A stretch of 40,315 nucleotides of DNA from a virus. Lineage: Duplodnaviria; Caudoviricetes. Below the pieces are notes generated by a model. The model saw only the letters and a program-made list of their open reading frames with translations, was not told where the DNA came from and did not search any database. The position numbers were made by a program, and so were the translations under genes. Below are positions 8,551-16,212 of this stretch, in pieces (within the stretch, counting starts at the first letter, position 1; each line of letters starts with the position of its first letter). The DNA is taken from positions 1 to 40,315 of the IMG/VR virus record IMGVR_UViG_3300006790_000041; one strand, 5' to 3'.

Positions 8551-8799
8551 CTATGGCTCGGCCAGAAAGGCCCGCAGCGCTTCGTCATCGAGGCGGCTGA
8601 TGTTGTGGATTGCGCGGGTCAGCAAGTCGGCGTTTTCGTCCAGCCCGGCAACCTCTTTGATGTGGGCCATGCAATCCGCTGTGGCGTGATATACCGGCAT
8701 ATTGAGAGTGAAAGCGGTCAGTCGCGCTTCCCGCTCTTCATCCCGCATCTTCTGGCGTGCGCGCATTTCGCGCATCCTCTCGGCTCCGGACTTTGCCAT
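8551..8799 (-). CDS. Hypothetical phage protein
   Basis: MAKSGAERMREMRARQK N-terminus common in phage early regions. Confidence 0.7.
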   Translation of the reverse strand: MAKSGAERMREMRARQKMRDEEREARLTAFTLNMPVYHATADCMAHIKEVAGLDENADLLTRAIHNISRLDDEALRAFLAEP

Positions 8800-8803
8800 T
8801 GGC

Positions 8804-9352
8804 TTACCCCGCCCTGTATGCAGCCTTGGCCTTCTCGTACTCGCTGCTGGTGATTTCTACAGCCCCCGGCATTTCGCCATTACCTTCAAGCGGCAAGCCC
8901 AGCTCGAAGTAAGCAGCGCCTTCATGAGGGAACATGACGCCACCGTGCAGCCATAGCGCGCCGCGGTTAATGCCGACTGCATCCCATGCGTCATCGCTTC
9001 TGACGCACTTTGGCTCGTTGGTCTTCCAGAGCTCCAGCAAACGGGCATGCTCGGCTTTTATCTCGGCACGCTCTTCCTTCGTAATCCCCTTTGGCATTAC
9101 TGCGTTGACGCGCAATTGCCGGTAACCCTGATTCTCTTTGGTTGGTTTGGTCCAGTGCGGGTTATCGCGTGGTAGGTCTGGGAACTCAACGCCATAAGCG
9201 CGAGTAGTTCCGCCGCTGGTGTAAGTGATGCCGTTGCCTCCGAACAATTCACCCAGCTTCTTAGTTTCAGCCACCAGCGCAGCGCGCCGGGTAAAGTGGT
9301 CCTGCACCGCCTTAACAACTGCGGCGTCGGCGGACTTGTACTTGTAGCTCAT
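8804..9352 (-). CDS. Hypothetical phage protein
   Basis: GGAG SD, operon packing. Confidence 0.7.
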   Translation of the reverse strand: MSYKYKSADAAVVKAVQDHFTRRAALVAETKKLGELFGGNGITYTSGGTTRAYGVEFPDLPRDNPHWTKPTKENQGYRQLRVNAVMPKGITKEERAEIKAEHARLLELWKTNEPKCVRSDDAWDAVGINRGALWLHGGVMFPHEGAAYFELGLPLEGNGEMPGAVEITSSEYEKAKAAYRAG

Positions 9353-9397
9353 GGGTTGTATCTCCATGCCCCTTGCGGGGCGGGTGAGGGGTTGTTG

Positions 9398-9892
9398 TCA
9401 CTCAGCCGGCTGCAGCTGGATTTCCTCCTGCTGGCGCCAGGTGTCGGCACAGGGGAGGGCGTGGACTGTTTCAAATACGGGCAGGCCGAGGCGGCGGGCT
9501 TCGTGGATCTCGGCGGCGGTGCCGTCTGAGTGCTCCCAGCCTGGGGCTAGCACCACGGCATCGCAGCGGCGCATCAGCTCCATCGTGGCGCCCAGCCAGA
9601 ATTGATCGCCAACCTGTGGGTCTACCAGGTCGAGGTGGCCGGTATTGGCGTGCGGTACCAGCGGTGACCAGCCCTTGCGGGCGACCTGCAGGCCAACCTG
9701 TCTGGCGCTCTGAATGTTCAGTTCAATACCGGTGCGCGTTGTGCTGCGGTAGGGGCCGGCCACGTAGGCGACCGGCATTTTCTGGTGTGACATGTTGGTA
9801 CCTAAGGAAGGATGGGAGACAAGGGCCTGTGCTGATATCACCAGCGCCCAGAAAGCGATGAAGTGGGCCGCGTCTGCGGCACGGCTGCGCAT
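9398..9892 (-). CDS. DUF4406/DUF1937-like protein (nucleoside deoxyribosyltransferase-like fold); alternative start at 9793
   Basis: YVAGPY...MRRCDAVVLAPGWEHSDGTAAEIHEARRLGLPVF. Confidence 0.78.
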   Translation of the reverse strand: MRSRAADAAHFIAFWALVISAQALVSHPSLGTNMSHQKMPVAYVAGPYRSTTRTGIELNIQSARQVGLQVARKGWSPLVPHANTGHLDLVDPQVGDQFWLGATMELMRRCDAVVLAPGWEHSDGTAAEIHEARRLGLPVFETVHALPCADTWRQQEEIQLQPAE

Positions 9893-10182
9893 CAGCTGGC
9901 GCTGACGTGGCCGGCCTGCATCATGTTGGCCAGGGCGGCGGTCATCACGATGGCGGCCGCCTGCTCGCGCTTGAGCTCGCGCTTGCGGGTGCGCACGGCA
10001 GCAGACACCTGGCGCTCTACGCCCTGGACCTCGAAGGGCGCCATGATGCGGTGCTGGCGCAGGTACTCGGTGTCCTTGGAGGCCAGCCCCTGCAGCGTGT
10101 CAAGCGCTGCCAGCGTTGGCGCGGTCAGGATCATCATCAGCCGGAACTTCATGAACTTGAGGCCTTGGTCCTTGGTGATCAT
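9892..10182 (-). CDS. Hypothetical phage protein
   Basis: AAGGAG SD; TGATG coupling to the next gene. Confidence 0.65.
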   Translation of the reverse strand: MITKDQGLKFMKFRLMMILTAPTLAALDTLQGLASKDTEYLRQHRIMAPFEVQGVERQVSAAVRTRKRELKREQAAAIVMTAALANMMQAGHVSAS

Positions 10183-10193
10183 GGGGTGTCTCC

Positions 10194-10583
10194 TTACACG
10201 TAGTCGAAGGGGTTGAAGAACGGGTCATCACGGCGGGCGCCGCCTTTGATGCGCACCAGACCGCCGCGCGGGTTGCGGGGCGCGCGATCCTGATGGGTGT
10301 CCGGGGAGCTGTTGACCACTACGCAGCAGATGGCCAGGAAGATGGCGAGCGGGGCGATGATGGCGCGGCGCATGGCCTCGGCCACCAGCTGCGCCCGTCG
10401 GTGGGCGCCGAGCTTGAACATGGCGCTCATGATCCGCTTGCGGACGCTGTCCGGCGCGAGGCCGGCCTCCCGGGCGATCTCTTTGTCGGTCTTGCCCTCG
10501 GCAACGCGCAGGGTGAACTCCAGTTCGCGCTTGCTGAGCAAGCCGGTGCAGCCCTGCCAGTGTTCGCTGGTGAGTGTGTGCAT
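10194..10583 (-). CDS. LuxR-type HTH transcriptional regulator
   Basis: LSKRELE...AEGKTDKEIAREAGLAPDSVRKR...FKLGAHRRAQLV. Confidence 0.85.
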   Translation of the reverse strand: MHTLTSEHWQGCTGLLSKRELEFTLRVAEGKTDKEIAREAGLAPDSVRKRIMSAMFKLGAHRRAQLVAEAMRRAIIAPLAIFLAICCVVVNSSPDTHQDRAPRNPRGGLVRIKGGARRDDPFFNPFDYV

Positions 10584-10660
10584 GTGGTGCGCTCCGTGCG
10601 ATTAATGCCCACAGGCATAGCGTGCATGCCTCTGGGCGCTGGGTAGGGAATGGGGAAGTG

Positions 10661-10690
10661 AATAGAAAAGGGCGACAGCGGCGCCCTTTC
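10661..10690 (-). terminator. Intrinsic terminator in the early-left operon
   Basis: GAAAGGGCG...CGCCCTTTTC on the minus strand. Confidence 0.55.
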
Positions 10691-10698
10691 AAAAGGTG

Positions 10699-10845
10699 TC
10701 AGCCTTCGCATCCATACAGGCTCCAACCGCCTGCGGTTTGCTCTGCGCCGATAGCCGGCGCGTCCGGTGGTGACCGTTCTGTTAACGGTATCCAGCAGGC
10801 TGACAGGTGCTGGATGAACCGGAGTTGAATCAGCAAAAGCAGCAT
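10699..10845 (-). CDS. Possible 48-aa small protein
   Basis: GGAG SD + ATG, MLLLLIQLRFIQHLSACW...; lies between two terminators. Confidence 0.35.
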   Translation of the reverse strand: MLLLLIQLRFIQHLSACWIPLTERSPPDAPAIGAEQTAGGWSLYGCEG

Positions 10846-10858
10846 GATTTGCTCCGGG

Positions 10859-10882
10859 AAAAAGAACCCCGCCGGAGCGGGT
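10859..10882 (-). terminator. Intrinsic terminator
   Basis: ACCCGCTCCGGCGGGGTTCTTTTT on the minus strand. Confidence 0.6.
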
Positions 10883-10905
10883 AACGAGTGTGATGGGGGC
10901 CGGTG

Positions 10906-11181
10906 CTACTTGGCGATGTAGAACGGGTTGTGGGGCGATGTCAGCCAATCAGGAAGGCGCTTATCAAGCGTGTCGTTCCAAGTTAATGACTCGTCCGTGC
11001 ACCACATCAGCTTCGCAGCCTTGCGCTCACGCTTGCGCTTTGCCGCCTCGATTCGCGCCGCCTGGTGCGGGTCTTTCGGGTTGCGGTAGTGCCGTGAAAG
11101 CGAGCGGCGGCGGGCGGTGCCAGTCATAACGGGCGGTTGTCCGAATGTCGCAAGCGCCTCAAAGAGTGGGAATGTCCACAT
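10906..11181 (-). CDS. Basic hypothetical protein (Arg-rich)
   Basis: AAGGAG SD; ARRRS...AAKRKRERK. Confidence 0.65.
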   Translation of the reverse strand: MWTFPLFEALATFGQPPVMTGTARRRSLSRHYRNPKDPHQAARIEAAKRKRERKAAKLMWCTDESLTWNDTLDKRLPDWLTSPHNPFYIAK

Positions 11182-11194
11182 TTTGGTTCTCCTT

Positions 11195-11341
11195 TCAGCG
11201 ACGAGCCAGCCAGCGCTCAGCGCCGGCGCGGGTTTTGAAGTTCTTGCTGGCGCTGAAGGTCAGCGCGGTGAAGGTGCCGTCGCGCTCTGGAACCACGCCA
11301 CGGGACAGGGTTTCGTTGTTGCCTTGGTTCAAGGTTTTCAT
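11195..11341 (-). CDS. DUF1391-family small protein (not in the ORF track)
   Basis: MKTLNQGNNETLSRGVVPERDGTFTALTFSASKNFKTRAGAERWLARR; AGGAG SD. Confidence 0.8.
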   Translation of the reverse strand: MKTLNQGNNETLSRGVVPERDGTFTALTFSASKNFKTRAGAERWLARR

Positions 11342-11586
11342 GTGCTGCTCCTGTTCGATTTTCCGGATGGCCCTGTTGCCAAGGCCATCGAGGAAATCTG
11401 CTCTCCATCACTCGCGTCGCCGGATTCATATCTCTGGCCGCGTCACCTGCTGGGTTCTTCGCGGCTGGCTTGAGTGACTTCGCGTGACTGCGTGTGGAGT
11501 CACGGCCAGTTCCAGAGCTGGCGTGGAAGGTGAAGTTTCTATTGCGCTCTGTACCCTTGAGGGGATCACCTTGCGCAGATCTTGAG

Positions 11587-11599
11587 TTTTGAAAGAACG
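11587..11599 (-). promoter_or_regulatory. boxA-like antitermination element
   Basis: CGTTCTTTCAAAA shortly downstream of PL (consensus CGCTCTTTAACAA). Confidence 0.5.
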
Positions 11600-11638
11600 T
11601 CGGGTCTGGCCCTGGCCATTGGTGCTGGCTTGGGATTA

Positions 11639-11704
11639 AAGTTACAACCATAGGTTACAATTGTGCAAGCGAAAGTTGTAATTATTTTTCAAGGCAGGGT
11701 TGTA
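11639..11704 (-). promoter_or_regulatory. PL promoter and three OL operators
   Basis: TTGCAC-18-TAACTT on minus; TACAAC-N5-GTTGTA-like 17-mers at 11643, 11664 and 11688. Confidence 0.7.
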
Positions 11705-11756
11705 GATTGAAGGGCAGGCAAAAGAAAACCCGCCGAAGTGGGCTTGAGAATGGCGC

Positions 11757-11783
11757 AAAAAAGCCCGCTCGGGGCGGGCTTTT
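11757..11783 (-). terminator. Bidirectional intrinsic terminator ending the cI operon
   Basis: AAAAAAGCCCGCTCGGGGCGGGCTTTT. Confidence 0.8.
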
Positions 11784-11797
11784 AACAATGGGCGTAT

Positions 11798-12553
11798 TTA
11801 CGCGCCAGGCAAGGCGATCATTACCTCAAGGTGAGGGATCGCTTTTGGGTCTCGCTCAGAAAAATACTGGAGAGCTTTCCTAGGAAGCCAAACTTCATGG
11901 AAGTGAGACCTAAAGTCTGCCAAGACTTCATTTGGGTATAGCTTGGGGTAAACGATTCGACCATCTTCGAACTCGTGCCGGTAGGTCGGGAGCTCGTCAG
12001 TGTTGATGCCTTTCTCATCCCTAAGCCATTTGCAGAACATGCGCCCTTCGGAAATGTCGGGTAGCAATCTATCAGGCAGCGTGTATCCTGCATCCTCCAT
12101 AGGGCCAATCAACGCAAGCGTCATCTCGTTAAGCATTGAGAAGTGAGTGCGAGGCACTTGCTGCCTGTTCGCCATATACCTGCGCAGATGATAAGGAAGA
12201 ACGGTCGCTTGATTTCCGCCGCCGCTAAGCCACTCGCGCACCCATTGAGATACAGCAACTGCGAACCTTGGCGAGCACCATTGCCCTAAATTAATCGCCA
12301 CGTCTGGGTGGACCCAAGTCCCTCTGTTCTCGTTGGTCCCTGTCTTTATGGTGTACACCAATTGGTCCATGGGAATTCCCATGGACCTCGAGAGCTCCTC
12401 CATGAACTCACCTGTAACGCGAAGACGGGCGTAGTCAGCGAAGGCCTTTCCAGATGCGTTGCACATGGCGGTTGCATTAACGTAACCATCCACTGCGCGC
12501 TGATGAATAAGCGCACCCTCCACGCGGCGCGGTATAAGTTCAAGCTGAGTCAC
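11798..12553 (-). CDS. KilA-N domain protein with BstA-like C-terminal domain (putative abortive infection protein)
   Basis: KilA-N: DGYVNATAMC...GTWVHPDVAINLGQWCSPRF; C-terminus HFSMLNE...PDISEG...YPNEVLADFR..F..VWLP; GTG with GGAGGAG SD; downstream of cI. Confidence 0.75.
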   Translation of the reverse strand: MTQLELIPRRVEGALIHQRAVDGYVNATAMCNASGKAFADYARLRVTGEFMEELSRSMGIPMDQLVYTIKTGTNENRGTWVHPDVAINLGQWCSPRFAVAVSQWVREWLSGGGNQATVLPYHLRRYMANRQQVPRTHFSMLNEMTLALIGPMEDAGYTLPDRLLPDISEGRMFCKWLRDEKGINTDELPTYRHEFEDGRIVYPKLYPNEVLADFRSHFHEVWLPRKALQYFSERDPKAIPHLEVMIALPGA

Positions 12554-12583
12554 AGGTCTCTCCTCCAATTTACCGCCATTGCG

Positions 12584-12724
12584 TCATGGTAAAATTTGAC
12601 CGAGCCGCGTAGCAGCGCACCAAACAACCCCACAAACCACCAGAACCACCACCGCCTCCAGCAGCTGCCGCCTCGCCCAGCGCTTACCCTCAAACAGGGC
12701 CTGCCAGAAGTGGAAGCCGAACAT
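12584..12724 (-). CDS. 46-aa membrane protein coupled to cI (not in the ORF track)
   Basis: TGATG overlap with the cI stop; MFGFHFWQALFEGKRWARRQLLEAVVVLVVCGVVWCAATRLGQILP. Confidence 0.5.
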   Translation of the reverse strand: MFGFHFWQALFEGKRWARRQLLEAVVVLVVCGVVWCAATRLGQILP

Positions 12725-13368
12725 CAGAAAGCCTCGTACTTCCCAATGACCACACCGCAGATGGTTGCGTTACCGTTGATCTTGATGATCGGCTCCGGCC
12801 AGTTCGGGTTCAGTGCTTTGAGAAACTTTTGCTCACCTTCAATGATCAGTTGCTTGAACGTGGCCTGCTGTTCGTCATCGAGCTTGACGACGACCATGGA
12901 TCCGTTTTCTGCCTGGCGATCGGGGTCGCAGTAGATCAGGTCGCCATCTCGAAATGTTTTTCTAGCGTGCGGGTTGTTCATGGACTCGCCGCGTACACGC
13001 AGTACATAGGTCCTCGGACCATGACTCGTCGGGCAAGGCAGCCAGTCCTCTGCATCCCCAACGGCATAAATATCTTCCACTTCGCACCAGCTCCCTGCGC
13101 GCACCCACGAGATCAGTGGGACAAATCCTTTCTGTTCTGGGCCTGGTTCGACGTTAGGCGTGCTGTCGCCTTCGCCGGATACCAGGTAGCCAACGGTGGT
13201 TCTGAGCTCGCTTGCAAGCTTTTCCAGACGCTGACCGCGCGGCCCATTGGCCCCGCTTTCCCACTTTTGGACGGCTTGAGGGGATACACCTATTCGGCGG
13301 CCAAGCTCTGATTGATTTAGCCCGAGCGCTTCGCGCAGCGCTATCAGGCGGGTCGAGAAAGTTTTCAT
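12724..13368 (-). CDS. cI: CI-like repressor (XRE HTH + S24 peptidase)
   Basis: HTH GLNQSELGRRIGVSPQAVQKWESG; Ala-Gly cleavage site VRAG; catalytic Ser (GESM) and Lys (TFKQ). Confidence 0.93.
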   Translation of the reverse strand: MKTFSTRLIALREALGLNQSELGRRIGVSPQAVQKWESGANGPRGQRLEKLASELRTTVGYLVSGEGDSTPNVEPGPEQKGFVPLISWVRAGSWCEVEDIYAVGDAEDWLPCPTSHGPRTYVLRVRGESMNNPHARKTFRDGDLIYCDPDRQAENGSMVVVKLDDEQQATFKQLIIEGEQKFLKALNPNWPEPIIKINGNATICGVVIGKYEAF

Positions 13369-13377
13369 GCCCTCAAT

Positions 13378-13454
13378 GTACAACCAGTGGTTGTACTGGT
13401 CATTGCAAGAATTGCTTGTAACTGTGCGTGACATGGTTGTAACCTTGGGTTGTA
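13378..13454. promoter_or_regulatory. OR: three operators between cI and cro
   Basis: TACAACCAGTGGTTGTA (13379), TGCAAGAATTGCTTGTA (13404), TGTAACCTTGGGTTGTA (13438). Confidence 0.75.
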
Positions 13455-13472
13455 AAAACATGCGAGGTTTAC

Positions 13473-13691
13473 ATGAAGGAAAACGCCGCCACCAAAGCAG
13501 CCAAAGCTGCCGGCAGTCAGTCCGAGCTTGCTCGCCGCCTCAAGTGCACACCGCAAGCCGTACAGAAGATGTGCGCTACCGGCCGAATTCCATCCAAGCG
13601 AGTCCTGAAGATCGAGGAAGTGACAGGTGTTTCTCGCCACGAACTTCGCCCGGACCTGTATCCGGTCGAGCAGGAAGGGACTGCGGCCTGA
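13473..13691 (+). CDS. cro: Cro/YdaS-like repressor
   Basis: AGSQSELARRLKCTPQAV...IEEVTGVSRHELRPDLY; divergent from cI. Confidence 0.9.
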   Translation: MKENAATKAAKAAGSQSELARRLKCTPQAVQKMCATGRIPSKRVLKIEEVTGVSRHELRPDLYPVEQEGTAA

Positions 13692-13744
13692 CCACAACTA
13701 CATGGTGCCGCATGCGAACAGGTGCGTTAAGCGCACTGACAGTG

Positions 13745-13760
13745 CTGGTTTTTCATACAG
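13745..13760. promoter_or_regulatory. Putative LexA (SOS) box
   Basis: CTGGTTTTTCATACAG = CTG-N10-CAG with an AT-rich core. Confidence 0.5.
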
Positions 13761-13822
13761 GCAATAAAAAACCCCGGCATTGATGGGTGGGGACCCTGCC
13801 GGGGCTTCGAGGAACGATCATT

Positions 13823-14521
13823 ATGGCTACAGACGTGATGTTGAGCAATACCGGCGCCGCGCTGACGATGAGTAGCGCCGAGATTGCCGAGCTGACCGGC
13901 AAGAAGCATGCGCATGTGCTGCGGGATATCCGCACGATGCTGGAGGCGTTGAAGGATGATCCAAGTTTGGATCATGTCCGTGAGGACCGAGACGGCAGGG
14001 GATACACGTCTTGCTTCTGGCTGACGCGCGAGCTGACCGAGGTGCTTATCACCGGTTACAGCGCGCCGCTGCGCCTGCGAGTTATCCGCCGCCTGCACGA
14101 CCTTGAGAAGCAGACCAACACAATCCCCCAGACCCTGCCCGAAGCCCTGCGTCTGGCTGCCGACCTGGCAGAGCAGAACAACTCACTGCGGCTGGTGGTG
14201 AGCGAACAGGAGCCGAAGGTTAAGGCGCTGCAGCAACTGGCCGATGCGGCCGGGACGCTTTGCATCAGTGAGGCAGCCAAGCAGATCGGCATGCAGCCGA
14301 AGGTCTTGACCGAGTGGATGGCCGCAAACCGCTGGATCTTCCGTCGCGGGGAAGGTAAGCCATGGCAGGCATACGTGCCCAGACTGACTCTCGGCCTGCT
14401 TTGGCACAAAACCTCCGTGATCGGTGTTGGTGACGATGGTGTGCAGCGCATTGCGTCACAGGTGCGCGTCACGCCGAAGGGTTTGACGGTGCTGGCGCAG
14501 AAGCTGGGGAGGGCGGTCTGA
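13823..14521 (+). CDS. Rha-family regulator with C-terminal ANT/KilAC antirepressor domain
   Basis: TMSSAEIAELTGKKHAHVLRDIR; IPQTLPEALRLAADLAE; VRVTPKGL. Confidence 0.88.
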   Translation: MATDVMLSNTGAALTMSSAEIAELTGKKHAHVLRDIRTMLEALKDDPSLDHVREDRDGRGYTSCFWLTRELTEVLITGYSAPLRLRVIRRLHDLEKQTNTIPQTLPEALRLAADLAEQNNSLRLVVSEQEPKVKALQQLADAAGTLCISEAAKQIGMQPKVLTEWMAANRWIFRRGEGKPWQAYVPRLTLGLLWHKTSVIGVGDDGVQRIASQVRVTPKGLTVLAQKLGRAV

Positions 14522-15288
14522 TGGCGGGCGATTGGATCAAGATGCGCGGCAACCTCTGGGATGACCCGCGTATTGCCTCCCTCTGTGATGCGACCGACCA
14601 GCCAGAGGCGATGATCATTGGCGGTCTGTACTGGCTGTGGGCAATGGCTGACCAGCACACCGAAGACGGCACGCTGCCCGGCCTGACCCTGAAAGCCATC
14701 GACCGCAAGACCGGTGTGCCCGGGCTCGGCTCCGCATTGGCGGATATCGATTGGCTGCAGGTTGTTGATGGCGGAGTAATGGTGCCGCGCTTCGATGAGC
14801 ACAACGGTGCGTCTGCAAAACGGCGCTGCCAAGAGGCAAAGCGTAAGGCAGGCGTCCGCAAAGAGTCCGCATCGGATGCGGACAAGAAGCGGACACCTAG
14901 CGGAGCTAGAGAAAGAGAAGAGTTAAAACCCTCACACACACCTCCCGCGGACGATTCCGAGCCTGCTGGCGCTGACAACCCAGATGCCCCGATTGCGCTC
15001 TCGCTGGAGTGGCAGCCTGACCAGAAGGCCCTCAAAGCCTACGCGGCGCGTGCTGGCCTGCCCTTGGACGCATTCACTCCCGACGCTGTTTCCCCGTTCG
15101 TGCTGCACCACGAGCCACGAGGGCAGGTGCGCACGCACCGTGAGTGGACGGCTGACCTTGTGCGCTGGGTGCAGCGGGATCGCGTGAACGCGAGCCGCGT
15201 TGTCCCGCTGAATCGTGCTCGAGCATCGCCCGGTAAGCAGGAGCTGAATCACGAGGATACGAGTTGGGCTGATGGCGAAGGGGTGTGA
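14521..15288 (+). CDS. Phage replication initiator (O-like, DnaT-like C-terminal domain)
   Basis: MAGDWIKMRGNLWDDP N-terminus; internal iteron-like repeats; position after the antirepressor. Confidence 0.78.
   Translation: MAGDWIKMRGNLWDDPRIASLCDATDQPEAMIIGGLYWLWAMADQHTEDGTLPGLTLKAIDRKTGVPGLGSALADIDWLQVVDGGVMVPRFDEHNGASAKRRCQEAKRKAGVRKESASDADKKRTPSGAREREELKPSHTPPADDSEPAGADNPDAPIALSLEWQPDQKALKAYAARAGLPLDAFTPDAVSPFVLHHEPRGQVRTHREWTADLVRWVQRDRVNASRVVPLNRARASPGKQELNHEDTSWADGEGV
14854..14928. other. Putative replication origin inside the initiator gene
   Basis: GTCCGCA x2 followed by inverted (T)GCGGAC x2, then a purine/A-rich tract. Confidence 0.55.
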
Positions 15289-15289
15289 C

Positions 15290-15961
15290 GTGGACAAAAT
15301 AGATGATTTGACCGAGAAGGCAGCAGGGGCGTTGATGTCGGGCACTGGTCGCCGACCTGCCGCACCTGTGGCGCTGGACCCTGAGACCGTACGGGTTGTG
15401 AACTGGTTGTTCGAGCGCCTGTGCGCTATCAAATCTGCCTACCGGCATACCTGGCCGGATGACAAGGCGTTGGGCAAGTCCAAGAGGGAGTGGGTGCAGG
15501 CGTTCATGGAGGCCGGCATCACCATGGTAGAGCAGCTGCACTACGGGCTGGAGGCCTGCAGGGCTGATCCGTCCGCCTTTGTGCCTCCGCCTGGCACGTT
15601 CATCGCGTGGTGCACGCCGGAGCCGGAGCGCATGGGCCTGCCGAGCATGGACGCGGCCTACCAGCAGGCTCTGCGCAACTCGCACCCGGCATCGATTGGC
15701 TGCGAGTGCTGGGATCACCCGGCGGTGTACCACGCGACGCTGGCATGCACGCGAACGGCGCTGATGAGCCTGCCGGCCGATCGCTCGCGGGCGAAGTTTG
15801 AGCGCGCCTACCGCGATATCCAGAACCGGCTGCTGCGGGATGAAGTGCTGGCACCGGCACCGCCGAACGAGCAAAAGGCGATCCCACGTATTGCTGACCC
15901 TGCCGTTGGTCGCGCGGCGCTGGCTGGGCTGCGTTTATCGCTGTGCGGTGTGCGGCCATGA
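15290..15961 (+). CDS. Lambda P-like replication protein (helicase loader); alternative start at 15272
   Basis: KREWVQAFMEAGITMVEQL..G...FVPPPGTFIAWC. Confidence 0.8.
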   Translation: MDKIDDLTEKAAGALMSGTGRRPAAPVALDPETVRVVNWLFERLCAIKSAYRHTWPDDKALGKSKREWVQAFMEAGITMVEQLHYGLEACRADPSAFVPPPGTFIAWCTPEPERMGLPSMDAAYQQALRNSHPASIGCECWDHPAVYHATLACTRTALMSLPADRSRAKFERAYRDIQNRLLRDEVLAPAPPNEQKAIPRIADPAVGRAALAGLRLSLCGVRP

Positions 15962-16212
15962 CGCCGGCTCATCGTGCAGCCATCCGCCAGGGCGTGAATC
16001 TGGCGACTCTTCCTGCAGATGTGCGCGCTGACCTGGCGGCAGAGCGTGCTGCGTGCCTGGTGCGCGATGTTGAGGCGAAGCGCCGGGCGGCTGAGCTGTT
16101 CGAGATACGACACGACCGCGTGAAGGTGCAGCAGGCCCTGAGCGCTCTGGGCGATCTTGCGCCGGCCGTGCGGGCTGAGTTGAACCGGCTGATCGAGAGG
16201 CGCAAGCAGTGA
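15958..16212 (+). CDS. Hypothetical phage protein
   Basis: ATGA/GTGA coupling on both sides. Confidence 0.6.
   Translation: MTPAHRAAIRQGVNLATLPADVRADLAAERAACLVRDVEAKRRAAELFEIRHDRVKVQQALSALGDLAPAVRAELNRLIERRKQ

Noticed and set aside
13369-13461. N-terminal extension of cI in the ORF track
   Set aside because: It runs through the OR operators; ATG 13368 with a GAGGG SD gives a normal HTH start
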